64,000 nucleotides of DNA from Octopus bimaculoides (GCF_001194135.2 NC_068981.1:54067460-54131459); one strand, 5' to 3'. Positions 13,428 through 25,543 are shown, counted from the stretch's first letter. Numbers and translations: made by a program. Notes: generated from the letters alone by a model not told the origin.

Positions 13428-13850
13428 GGCGAGCTGGCAGAAACGTTAGCGCGCCGGGCGAAATGCTTAGCGGTATTTCGTCTGCCGTTACGTTCTGAGT
13501 TCAAGTTCCACCGAGTCGACTTTGCCTTTCATCCTTTCGGGGTCGATAAATTAAGTACCAGTTACACACTGGGGTCGATGTAATCGACTTAATCCCTTTG
13601 TCTGTCCTTGTTTGTCCCCTCTATGTTTAGCCCCTTGTGGGCAATAAAGAAATAAGAAACGTTAGCACGCTAGGCGAAATGCTTAGCGGTATTTCGTCTG
13701 TATGTTCTGAGTTAAAATTCCGCCGAGGTCGACTTTGCTTTTCATTCTTTCGGGGTCGATAAATTAAGTACCAGTTGCGTACTGGGTCGATCTAATCGAC
13801 TGGCCCCCTCCCCCAAAATTTCGGGCCTTGTGTCTAGAGTAGAAAAGAAT
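13428..13850 (+). mobile_element. Head-to-tail dimer of tRNA-derived SINE family A
   Basis: Unit 1 (13428-13657) is GGCGAGCTGGCAGAAACGTTAGC..GAGTTCAA.TTCC..GTCGACTTTGCCTTTCATCCTTTCGGGGTCGATAAATTAAGTACCAG plus tail C. Unit 2 (13658-13850) has the same head and core plus tail A. A (CATATATGTA)x4 repeat precedes it. Confidence 0.93.
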
Positions 13851-13922
13851 ATACATTGCAGTCTGCCAATTTCTAATCGCCTCGAAATTTTGTTTTACGT
13901 GAGAGTCCATGCTTTGCCTCGG

Positions 13923-13978
<56 letters not shown>

Positions 13979-14001
13979 TTATTTATATATGCATATATGT
14001 A

Positions 14002-14543
14002 CGAGGTCTGATCAAAAAGTATCGGAACTGTTGCTATGATAACAGAGCTGAAGTATTTACAGGGAAGTCGCTTGGTACAGATTGATCTTGATCTCTGTCG
14101 TGCACGCACACTGAGTTATAAGGTTTTCGATAACTTCGTTGCCTATAGCAGTGCTTGGAAGTAAAGTCCTTTGAACGAAACCGTCCCAAAACAGAACATC
14201 GTGTTTTAGCTGGTCAGGATCTCCCTGATTTTGTCGCAGAGGACACAAACTTTTAAAAACGGTCATAACAGGTGACGAATCGTGGGTCTATTTCAATGGC
14301 CCCGATAACCAAGGCAAAAATCAAATCCCACTTGAAAGGAACAAGATTTCAAGACGTCGAGGAAATCGAAGAGAATGTGACGAGGCAGCTGCTCGCCTTC
14401 GCCCCCAAAGAACCCCGGGAATGCTTCGAAGAATAAGAAACGAATCTATAATTTCAGATCACTTCGAAAATTAAAAAATGCCGAATATGTATTGTAGTTT
14501 TCTTTCTATAGTAGCAGTTCTGATACTTTTTAATCAGACCTCA
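14002..14543 (+). mobile_element. Internally deleted non-autonomous mariner (542 bp)
   Basis: 29-bp TIRs: CGAGGTCTGATCAAAAAGTATCGGAACTG vs right (reverse complement) TGAGGTCTGATTAAAAAGTATCAGAACTG, 26/29 identical. TA at 14000-14001. Internal transposase pieces VITGDESWVY and KSHLKGTRFQDVEEIEENVTRQLLA. Confidence 0.9.
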
Positions 14544-15574
14544 CACGCACACATGCGCGCGCGCGCATACTGTCCGACGAACGGTAACGTGAAACTCTGA
14601 GTAACAGTTTGTGAAGAACTTTTTCGGCTTTGATAAAAAGCTTATTCTACCTTCTGTATTTGAGTACAATGTTTTTCACTTTGTTTTGCATATATGTGCT
14701 TACATGTGTGCGTGTGTTCGTGTGCATGCGTGTGTATGTGCACACACACACACACACTCGCACAAATACATGTGGACACATACACATAGACACGTAAAGA
14801 AACAATGAAAAATATAACGTCCATTATTCTGACATATCGGCAAATATTTACCGATCCGGTCCCACCGTTTGTCACTATTTTCACTGGTATTTTTGCCGCC
14901 TGAATCAGCTTAGTTTCGCATAATGTAATATTGAAGAAGAACTGTTAACAATACAGGTTCCTACGCGAAATTTCACTGGGACTAGTGTGGTTAGAAATAA
15001 AGCAAACAAAAATATATATGGGGTTTTATACTGATGTGAGTATTTATTTACATTATTGCTCTCGCGATCCAAAGTAATTTTGACGTTCAGGTACATAGAT
15101 ATCATCAGGTATGAGTATTTGTGGTCACACCTACATATGTGAAAAATATTCGAAAGCTTATACGTTGGGGAATATACATGCATATATATATTTATACACA
15201 CACATACACACATAGTAGACAGTCAGACAAACATCAGGCGTTTATATTTATATGAAAAGTTGCGTATACAAATTACTAATGTAACCAAATCTCACCATAA
15301 TCAACTATAACCGTTACTTGCGCGTGAGTGTGACCGAGTAGCATATATCATATTTATGCTAATTCTATCTAACTGCGAGCATATATACAGTCACTCTTCA
15401 CAATAGAAGAAATTCGGAGATTTATGCACAGAATACTCCTGTTTGCCTCACTGATGCGCTTTCAGGTCCAGTAATTCTCAACAAGCTGGTCCATAATATA
15501 TGTAATTTCGGTGATACGGTTGTTACGAATTCAGTAGAAAGAAATCTTCTTGATATTGATGGCTCTCTAAAGGC

Positions 15575-15920
15575 AGCCAATTGGCTTAATAGTTAGCACG
15601 CCGGACGAAATGCTTAGCTTTTGGGATCGATGAAATAAGTACCAGTTTAATTCTGGGGTAGATGTAATTGACTAACCCCCTCCCACCAAATTTCAGGTCT
15701 TGTGCCTATAGAAGAGAGGATATTAATAGCTTTCTCGAGGTGGCTGGTTGGCAGAATCGTTAGCACGCCGGACGAAAAGTCTTTATGTTCTGAGTTAAAA
15801 TTCTGCCAAGGTCGACTTTGCCTTTCATACTTACAGCATCGATAAAAGGGGGTTGATGTAATCGACTAGCCTCCCCGCTCTAAATTTCAGGCCTTGTGCC
15901 TATTGTTGGAAGGATATTAA
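15575..15920 (+). mobile_element. Tandem pair of SINE family A copies (both internally deleted)
   Basis: Two successive TTAGCACGCCGGACGAAA heads, each followed by GATGTAAT.GACTA.CC..AATTTCAGG.CTTGTGCCTAT tail A. Confidence 0.85.
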
Positions 15921-16002
15921 TGACTCTCTAGAAAGGTCGTCAGGTTCATTTTGGGTACTAACTACAGTAACTTTTCAAGAGAAAAAAAAGCATATCATGA
16001 GA

Positions 16003-16830
16003 TATTATTCCCTCCTCCAAATCTTCTTTATTGACGTTTTATAGTCTCTGTTCACTGACCTAGTCAACGATATCGTTGATGACTGCTGGCACGATCTCTT
16101 AGTCAAATTCCAGTAAATCATTGCATCCTTCTGACCAAATACATTAGAAACTCTGTTCATGGGCTTCCCACTTCCTTCATCCGAGGCTGATTTGATATTT
16201 TCTGTGACTTTCATGATTCGGTAGTTTTTCTAAACATCCCTGATTGTTTATCTTAGCCATCTGTTTCTTCAACAAGTTGCCTGAAAGTATAACTAAGGTA
16301 GTAGTCCTTGACATTAGAAATTACACCCTGATTCATGAGTGGAGTAAGGATGGGGTGTTGGTGTTAAGTAAACTATTTTGACAGGAATGTAGGTCAGAAA
16401 GATGTCGAGATATTGGAGGTGATCTGGGGCACTATCAATCACCAGCACTACCTTAGATTTAAGATAATGTTCTTTGCCATATCTTTTCACTGCTGGCGAA
16501 AAGTATGAAACAAACCTCCATTTGAAACTTTCGCTGGTCATTCCAGTTTCCTTGCTTGATTTTTAAATCAGAGCCATACATATTTGATATTTTCCTCATT
16601 AATTGTGACTCTTTTGAATGATGAATGAGCATTGATCTACGCTAGAATTCCCCTGAAGTATTACCGCCAAGTAGTAGTGTTGAAAGGTCATTTCCGGTCT
16701 TGAGCCCAGAGCATTTTTTTCCTTCTTAGGCGATGAGAGTGCAGAATGGCATTTATTTCAAAAACAAAAGGCAGTTTTCGTTTACTCTGAATACTAGTTG
16801 GAGAAGGTTGTTGATGAGTCTGCTAATAAT
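16003..16830 (-). mobile_element. Tigger/pogo (CENP-B-like DDE) transposase relic
   Basis: Minus-strand pieces QLVFRVNENCLLF..LSTLLLGGNTSGE, then MTSESFKWRFVSYFSPAVKRY..KVVLVIDSAPDH..VKIVYL. These match the Tigger motifs QVFNVDETGLFWK, RLTLLLGGNA.GD, WMT..LF..WF...F.P.V and KVLL.LDNAPGH. Stops and frameshifts are present and no TIRs were recognised. Confidence 0.85.
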
Positions 16831-17721
16831 ATGGGAAAATTATTTGACTGCCTGGGTGTCTGGATTTGTAACTTCACTACTTATTAGAATACTATATTTG
16901 AATCTATAAAATATCCACTGCTAGCAATCTGAAGATGTTTCTTGTTCCTTTCATTACGTGAAGCTAGCTAAATGGTATGTTATGTTACGTTTCGTTGTTC
17001 CTTCGTATATAACATATATTATGATAAAATTTCCCCAAAAACTTGCTCCTTGTGTGTGTGTACGTGTGTGTGTGTGTGTGTGTGTATTCATTTGCATGTT
17101 TGCATCTATGTGTAAATACTACTGGACCTAAGTAACAATATGAGTTAGAAAACGACTAATTGGTACTTATGATATCTCGGATTTTATGCATATACGAATA
17201 TACAGATAATCAGAAACGTCTATTCCTTTATAAAACTGCTGAAAAAAATAAATTGGAGGCATTGGGGTTGAGTGGGGAATAAAAATTTACAAAACACTTA
17301 GAAGAAATAAGGAAAAAATGTGATTGTATTAATAGCTTAATAAAAATTCCATAAATCAAAGAAATAAAAATCTTCCATAAATTAAAAAATTATCAAAATT
17401 TTCCAGTCAATTGATTTATGATACTAAAATGAACCACAGACGTTTCACTTATTTCGCAGTAGTTTGAAACAGCTACCGAGTTATAAATAAATGAATAACA
17501 TTTTTCTTTTTCGTTTTTTAAAGACAGAATTCTGTAAATAGATATACTGAACTGTTAGAGTTAAAAAAAAAACTCAAAAAACATTAAGATTCAGATATAG
17601 ATACTATGAATTGAGATGAGCTAAAATTATGAATAAACTGATTTGTTTTCTCTTTGATTACTGGCTGATGGATATGGCTCCAGATTACTGGCAAGTAGGC
17701 CAAAAAACTCGCGAACCTTCT

Positions 17722-17786
<65 letters not shown>

Positions 17787-18040
17787 ATATGCGTGTGTAT
17801 GTGTGTGTTTGTGTGTATGTATATATGTATGCATGTAGGTAAGTATGTATTTGTGTGTGTATGTATGCTTATATTATTAATATTTACAGCTTTACTATTA
17901 TTTAAAGCTTTACTATTTTGAGTTACACATTTCTTACACACACACACAGATGCACACAAGACACACACATCCATACATACAGACGCACGCACACACACAC
18001 AAACTACATACATAAACTATATACAATAAAAAATATACAC

Positions 18041-20020
18041 CAAAGGCCTTCTTATAGTCGAGCTACATTGAAACTAGGTTCCTTCTATGCTCTCGCATCT
18101 CTGACATCACAGTTTTGTTGATTAACAATTGCTCAGCACATCCCCAGACGCCCTTCCTCTCAGCTGCTTGTTCTACTGTGATGATGTTATTTGTTTCACA
18201 ATGGTCCTGGAGGAAGAGGTTTAAGCATGCTGTGTATAGCTTATACATTAAGATCTGGCATACAATTGGTAGTTTTTGCCATGTGGTTGGTTCTGCATTT
18301 GAGGATCAACTTTGTTTCTGCCAGAGCTAATCAGTGTGGTATTCTATGTTCCCATTGAAATCTTGTTGGTACAGATTGATAAGATATGGTCAGTAGAAGG
18401 CTAGCTTCTTGTACCAATATCCAACAATAAAGTCTCTTCCAGGTGCTTTTCCATCCTGAAGTTTCTGACTCACAGTTGACTCACATTGATGGTGGTACTC
18501 TTGTACCACCATCAATGCTGTATATCTTGGGTGTAATGCAGGAGCAATAACTTCTTCAGATTTCTTTCAGCCACAGAGCATCTTGGTTAAACTCCTTCTC
18601 TTCACTCATGATTTTCCTCCAGAAGGAGCCTATGTCTTCTCGTGAAGGAGCTTCTGTGATATTCCTCCGAAGTCTCAGTATGCTGCTGCGTGGTTCCAGT
18701 TAAATTTTTTAAAATTATTTTTCTCTCGATTATTCTCTTCTGATGTCGGAGTTTCTCACTGACAGCTTTTAGCTCCTGCTTGAGGGCAATCAGTTTGCAA
18801 ATGAGTGTCCTCTTTTTACTGTTCCCAAACATCATTTCTATCTCCTTTACTTTCTGTATAGTGATTTGCTTGTTTGTACGCAATAAGCACCATCACATGA
18901 CTGATGGTCTTCCGTTTTTCTTATGTTTTTCCCTGTCTTATGTTTTTCCCTGTCTTATGTTTTTCCCTGTCTTCAAAACTCATGATGGTACTTTCTTTGC
19001 TGTTTCAGTTTTGTTCACTTTTTAAATGTCATTCTTTGCAGTAGTAGCCAGAGCATATAGACAGGTATTAATCTGCCAGAATGTGGGTTCATCACACTGC
19101 TGTAAATACTTATCACCAATTTTGTTAACAGCTTTTGATACCGTATCTGGTGGCTTTTTTTTTTTTGTTTTTACTTACTTTGGGAGAGAATACTCTCTCC
19201 CCAAGAAAGTCCTTCAAAACCAAAGTTATTTTTTCTCGGAAAATTTCAGTAAGGGCACATTCCGCCGGTATATAATCCTGACTACCGTTGAAACTACAAT
19301 AATCGTTACAGTTGTGCCTGCTATTTACCATAGTCGTAGTAGGGGGACAGTGGTCAGTTACTTTAGCCAGCAGTGTAGTTTGGCTGGCAGGCATTATGAA
19401 ATCTGTTGGAATGTCGCTAGCTGCGAAACCATGTGGTGGTCTTACATCATTCACATTTTCGTCTTTGTTTATAGAGTTGGGAAGAAGGTTAATTTTCGAT
19501 TTTTTAATAAAGTTACAGATACTAAACCTCCTCCTATGGTCTACAAATGTTGCTTGTTGGCGTAGTTGCTTCGCAGTAAAATGATTTAATTCTGGAAACA
19601 GATCTTCCCAATATGATTTCAATCGATTCGTATAGCCAACAGTGGGGTTTTGTTTCGCTTTTTTGTAGCAGTTAAGTAGATCAGTAATCAATTCATAACT
19701 CCAAGAGAAAATGAGTTTTGTAATTACGGTTTCTTCTATAACTACAACCAGAAAGAATTTGTTTACCTGTTGAGCTGTTGTTTTCGTTCTGTTCCTCGGT
19801 TGTGTTGTTGTTGATGCTGTGTCCAGCCATGTTGTTTGTAGTAACTCTCTGCATGCTAAATTCAAGTTTCAGTCGAAAATCACTACGATCATGAACGAAA
19901 GGCTCCCTCAGTTAATTCATCTGAAGATTAACCAGTTATTTAATAAGGCTGATAGTTGTGGCTCCAAAGTTGGTGATAGTATTCATCGAATCTTCGATAA
20001 ATAGTCTCCCACGCCAAATA
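18041..20020 (-). mobile_element. R4/Dong-clade non-LTR retrotransposon relic: 5' part through the first half of RT
   Basis: N-terminal WSYELITDLLNCYKKAKQNPTVGYTNRLKSYWEDLFPELNHFTAKQLRQQA lies in a 246-codon open frame. Then LKQELKAVSEKLRHQKR, and RT motifs KAPGRDFIVGYWYKKL..MYKLYTACLN..GVWGCAEQLLINKTV..LDYKKAF, where homology stops. Confidence 0.88.
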
Positions 20021-20041
20021 CGCGACTTGTCGCTTCGAGTT

Positions 20042-20125
20042 CATGTATGTATGTATGTATGTATGTATGTATGTAGGTATGTATCTATGTATGTAGGTAT
20101 GTATGTATGTATGTATTATGCATAC
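20042..20125. repeat. (TATG)n microsatellite
   Basis: Directly visible. It abuts the 5' end of the R4/Dong relic. Confidence 0.96.
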
Positions 20126-20349
20126 ATATATAAAACACAAATGTGACTTTCCCTTCACTATAGTCTTCCCGAAAACATTATTTTCCCCAAATATTAACTA
20201 TTACCCTACTTAACCCCTATCCGGATTGCACAGACAACATTACTAATCAGTGACGTATAATAAAAAAAGAAGAAAAAAAACCCCGATGGCCTTTTTTTTC
20301 CTGTATACTAACTTTTCTCACGCTATTTCGCACAATATAAACTCAATGT

Positions 20350-20565
20350 AAGGAGGCGAACTAGCAGAATCGTTAGTACGCCGGGCAAAATGCTTAGCGG
20401 CACTTCGTCCGCCTTTACGTTTTGAGTTCAAATTCTGCTTGAGTTCACTTTGTCTTTCATCATTTCACGGTTGATGAAGTAAGTACCAGTCATGTACTAG
20501 GGTCGATTTATTTGACTAGGCCCCCACCCAATTTCAGGCCTTGTACCTTTAGTAGAAATGATTAT
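20350..20565 (+). mobile_element. SINE family A, tail A
   Basis: GGCGAACTAGCAGAATCGTTAGTACGCCGGGCAAAATGCTTAGCGG..GAGTTCAAATTC..AAGTACCAG..AATTTCAGGCCTTGT. Confidence 0.88.
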
Positions 20566-20879
20566 ATAAACTTAATGTACTGTTATTGTCAATAACTTAG
20601 ATATCACCATTATTACTATCAGTTGATTATATCTGTTATTTTAGCATAGTTAAATATATTTTTCCTGCTCAGCAAGACACAGCTTAAAAGCTCAATTGTG
20701 CTTTATCTTCGCGTGGTTTCTTTTTCTTAGATTCAACTATTTAACAATCGATAATTTTCATATAAATAATCCTTGCCTCAATCCTTTACTGTTGGAGTGC
20801 TAATTAATTCACAACTAATTTATGCATGATTTATTAGTCCTTATCTCTAAACAGTTTTCTGGAAATTAATTATGAGGGT

Positions 20880-21100
20880 AATATTGGTTTCAAATTTTGA
20901 CACAAGGCCAGTAACTTCGAGAAAGGGGATAAGTTGGTTAGATTGATCCCAGTGTTCAACTGCTACTATTTTATCGACTCCGAAGGCTGAAAGGCAAAGT
21001 CGGCTCCGGCGGAATTTGAACTTAGAACGTAAAGATAGACGAAAAGCCGCTAAGCATTTCACCCGATGTACTAGCGATTCTCTCAGTTCACCACTTTAAT
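20880..21100 (-). mobile_element. SINE family A, tail B
   Basis: Reverse complement of the family A head and core, ending GGCCTTGTGTCAAAATTTGAAACCAATATT. Confidence 0.88.
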
Positions 21101-21909
21101 TATGAAAGTAATATTAATTATAATAATGAATGCAAATATTTCTTTTCCTAAAAAAACGACCCTTTTACCCCTTTTCAAGCTATATAGCCACTCTGAAAAA
21201 CGTTTCATTGAAACATGATGATGTTCTTGATCAAAACAACTAACTTTCATGATTTACAACTTTTATTGCATTATTTATGGTTTTTCTCAATTTATCATAC
21301 AACAATCAAATTTGGACAATGTTGATGACAATATATGAAAACTATCAGCTTACGAATTCAAGTATAGCTATGTTGTGTTTACTTATTGATACTTTTATGG
21401 CGTCTATTACCTAATTTCTTTGATTATATTTACATTCATATATTTTTACTACCATTTTTTTCACTGATTTATTATTCATTTCCTCAATTCATCTATTTCA
21501 CTACCACTCTACTCCCTCTCCTCGTCTCATTGCCCCCACTACAATGACCTTTGACAGGACTTCTAATATCAATAATTTCTGTCTCAAGAAATAATCTTCC
21601 ATCTATTTACAAATCAACTACTTTTAGAAACATCCTTAATACCTTTTTCCCTGTCTCTCTGTTTACACACCTATTTATTTTACAATACATTGAGCAACCA
21701 TTTTTTAGTACCTAACTCCTACATCATTAAACATAAATCCTGACTTTAGCCATTTTATTTGCTCTTTGATGAAATCGAAAACAAAACAGTGCCAACCTTG
21801 TAAATGCCATTATCTAAATTAAAAAAAGAAATCCATCCTACTCTATTGTATTGTGTATTTTAATTATGCTTCTCCTAGTTATATATACGCACACAAACAC
21901 TCACACACA

Positions 21910-22146
21910 TATGTGTGTGTGTGTGCGTGTGTGTCTGTGTTTGTCCCCCCAACATCGCTTGACAACCGATGGTGGTGTGTTTAGGTCCCCGTAACTTAGC
22001 GGTTCGGCAAAAGTGAGCGATAGAATAAGTACTAGTCATTCAAAGAATAAGTCTTGGGGTCGATTTACTCGACTAAAGGCGGTGCTCCAGCATGGCCGCA
22101 GTCAAATGACTGAAACAAGTTAAAGAGTAAAAAGAGTAAAAAGAGT

Positions 22147-22147
<1 letters not shown>
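21910..22147 (+). mobile_element. SINE family B, 3' half
   Basis: CATCGCTTGACAACCGATG..TAACTTAGCGGTTCGGCAAA..CCAGCATGGCCGCAGTCAAATGACTGAAACAAG plus an (AAAAGAGT)n tail. Matches 10230-10434. Confidence 0.9.
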
Positions 22148-22179
<32 letters not shown>

Positions 22180-22180
22180 C

Positions 22181-22215
<35 letters not shown>

Positions 22216-22238
22216 GAGAGAGGGAGAGAGAGATAGAT

Positions 22239-22287
<49 letters not shown>

Positions 22288-22310
22288 AAGAGAGAGAAAC
22301 AGACAGATAC
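22148..22310. repeat. (CA)n-(GA)n compound microsatellite
   Basis: Directly visible. Confidence 0.95.
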
Positions 22311-22996
22311 ATCAGATATACCGGTCTGACCGTTTTGGTTATTAAATTTTCTAAAATTTTCGATTTAGTGGAACTTCGGTCTACTGGGATATCTCCATTG
22401 CTCCATAACTCACCTAATGACCAGTGTGTAATGAAAGAATAGTTTTTTTGTACAAAACTTTTGTGTCTCGTAAATATTAGTTTTGAACACAATATGACAA
22501 AGCTCAGTGGTCTAAATAAGGAGATAATATATATTTGAATTAAATATTATATTTCTTTTCACAGTCAGGCAGTTTAGGACTGAATGGTAAATATATATTT
22601 AACAATAAATATATATTCATAATAAATGATGGGTGAAACAAGGTTAAAATTTACACGTAAACGTATGCTGAAGTTTCATTAAAGGGATGAAACAGTACTT
22701 TATATTTTAAGAAATAGTAAGAAATTGTAAGAATGCTATAAATAGAATAAAACGATTGAATTATATTTTTATGTATTTGTATGTAAACTCTTCGTATACT
22801 TTCATATTCTATGATATTAAATTCAAATTTCTAATCCCATTGCGAGGAGGTAGTTAGCTCCCTTTGTATTCACGGCCATCCAGAAGGTGCTACGCGTGTA
22901 TAAATTTTATGTTCTTTTTGAATACTGTATGTTGCAGATAGACGGGACGAACATATAACGAAATTATTTGCTGTTCTACAAAGTAGAACAGCAAAA

Positions 22997-23027
<31 letters not shown>

Positions 23028-23559
23028 AATAAAATCTGAAATTCACTTGTTCAGGGGACAGATCAATCTGAAATCTTAAAAAAATTATCCAAACGAATTA
23101 GTAGTAAAGAGTAACTGTCTTCAGTGTCATTACACATAAAGAAAATATTTTGCAATTGAATCTCAAACTCAGTCTATCAAAAACAAAACGAATAAAAAAG
23201 CAATTTCCTATACATTGAAGATATGAGTGAAAGCTACGAAAGCTAGAGTTAGAAAATTTTTAACGCTAAATACAACACACTAAGATGTTAACAAAGAGGA
23301 GGACGGTTTGATTGTCAATCATTTCTCGTATTTTATCTACTTCTACGTTTACTTGAAGGATTAAGACAGCATTTTCTATACTCATTTTTAGAAACGAGGG
23401 AAATAGCATTTTAACATTACTTTTAACACCAACTGGCTTGGTTCAAACATGTATTTAACTAATTTGAGTAAATAATCCTTCCATCTTCTCCGCTCACTAT
23501 TCTTGGGAGGGGCGTGGGATTAGAATCCTCTGGCACCTTTCAGACGGTCCAATCAGAAG

Positions 23560-24135
23560 CACCGTCAGTAAACTTTCCGACTGGATTCCAAAGCGTGGCA
23601 AACTGCGACTATAGATATTTTCCAACTATCCTGTTCTTGGTCTACTCCTGGGTTTCTCGTCGGATGGTTCGGTAAGAAGAATCCATCGTGCGATTCTTTC
23701 TTTCGATATTCATATTGCACGTTCGTTGTACGCTTGTTTTGTAGACCTCAAAAACTCAAATGATTGATGTACCATGGAGAATGATGCTAATGGTTTTGTA
23801 GGCGTTTGTGATTAATGGGTATCTTCTGGTTGCCGTGAAGTCCCAGCCCCCAGAAGCTTGTGTTCGACTATATATATATCACTGTATTAACCAGACTATC
23901 GGATGCTGTTATACACTATTGGTAACAGTGCGCTTCCTCACATTGCATTGTTGTAGCTTTCGAATGAAGCCATCCTGCTGGCTGGTGAGCAAACCAACAT
24001 TTCTTCTGAATGCGGCGCCAGTCCATCGCAAGGATGCCCATTTACAGCTGAGTGGATTGGAGTAACGGGAGATGAAGTATTTTACACAAGAACATAGCGC
24101 CCCGACAGTCTGAAAATCGAAACCATGGTTTTGCG
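23560..24135 (+). mobile_element. Highly degenerate RTE-like LINE RT relic
   Basis: Fragments DWIPKRG, ANCDYR, SLYACFVDLK, INGYLLVAVKS..EACVR, NEAILLA and KIETMVL appear in the expected order of RT motifs (NYRGI, YACFVDL.KAYD, G..G.LL.A.KSLY, FADDLVLLA, SKTE.MV). Confidence 0.55.
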
Positions 24136-24446
24136 ATTGTGAGTTATATATATATATATATAAGATNNNNNNNNNNNNNNNNNNNNNNNNNNNNNNNNNN
24201 NNNNNNNNNNNNNNNNNNNNNNNNNNNNNNNNNNNNNNNNNNNNNNNNNNNNNNNNNNNNNNNNNNNNNNNNNNNNNNNNNNNNNNNNNNNNNNNNNNNN
24301 NNNNNNNNNNNNNNNNNNNNNNNNNNNNNNNNNNNNNNNNNNNNNNNNNNNNNNNNNNNNNNNNNNNNNGTGTGTGTGTGTGTGTGTGTGTGTGCATATA
24401 TATATATATATATATATACACGCGTGTGCGCATGTATATATAGGTG

Positions 24447-24488
<42 letters not shown>

Positions 24489-24719
24489 CACACACACACA
24501 TGCACGCACACATCTATATAAGAGAGGTCGGTTGCATAGAATGAGAGCTGTAGTGAGAGGCTGTGAATTTTGGGCAAAGGGGCTTGGGGTTCGAAATGTG
24601 CAATGGAAGTCAACATCAATACATATAAAAATTTAGATCTTAAAGACCTTTTTTTTTACTTCCTTTTTGATTATTCTGAAAAGTTATTTGAGAGTTTTGG
24701 GCTGCATATACATAAGTAT

Positions 24720-25097
24720 GTGGAAGCGCAATGCCCCAGTGGTTAGGACAGCGGACTCGCGGTCGTGTGATCGCGGTTTCGATTCCCAGACCGGGCGTTG
24801 TAAGTGTTTATTGAGCAAAAACATCTAAAGCGTCACGAGGCTCCGGCAGGGGCTGGTGGCGAACCCTGCTGTACTCTTCACCACAACTTTCACTCTTTCT
24901 TCCTGTTTCTGTTGTGCCTGTAATTCAAAAGGCCAGCCTTGTCATACACTGTGTCACGCTGAATCTCCCCGAGAACTATGTTAAGGATACACGTGTCTGT
25001 GGAGTGCTCAGCCACTTATACGTTAATTTCACGAGCAGGCTTTTCCGTTGATCGGATCAACTGGAACCCTCGTCGTCATAACCGACGGAGTGCCATG
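24720..25097 (+). mobile_element. tRNA-derived SINE family C with 12-bp target-site duplication
   Basis: A box TG.CCCAGTGG and B box GGTTTCGATTCCC. Flanked by ATACATAAGTAT at 24708-24719 and 25098-25109. Colinear with the minus-strand copy at 44530-44913. Confidence 0.93.
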
Positions 25098-25446
25098 ATA
25101 CATAAGTATACTTGCTTTATGATCAATTAACGAATTGAGGTAATAACATACGACTCATCGCTCATGTCTTTCGGCAAGTATATTTGATGCGTGTAAATAC
25201 AAATTGTCTTTGCGCTTGAAAATGGCAGTACTAAAATTGAAAAATAAAGATGAAGAAGACAGATAGAGAGAAGGGGAGAGATAGAGTGAAAAAAGGCAAC
25301 ACTAAATAGCATCATAAAGCGAATAAGAAAGAAAAACAACACAATAATATCTACAAGGATCAAGGATATCTTCTAAATAAAATATTACTAAGATACTCCT
25401 ATTGCGGAACCTTAGGATTCCGAGGAACCCCGATTGAGAAACGCTG

Positions 25447-25543
25447 CTATAGTAGAAGACACTTGGCCAAGGTGTCATGCAGTGGGACTGAACCTGGAAC
25501 CATGTCGTTGGGAAGCAAGATCCCTACCACACAGCCACGCCTG
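25447..25543 (-). mobile_element. SINE family B, head fragment
   Basis: Reverse complement of GGCGTGGCTGTGTGGTAG..GGTTCCAGGTTCAGTCCCACTGC..CCAAGTGTCTTCTACTATAG. Confidence 0.88.

Noticed and set aside
23509-23553. GC box (GGGGCGTGG) plus CCAAT as a promoter
   Set aside because: It sits at the edge of the RTE-like relic and no downstream exon is evident. Chance or TE-derived origin is more parsimonious.
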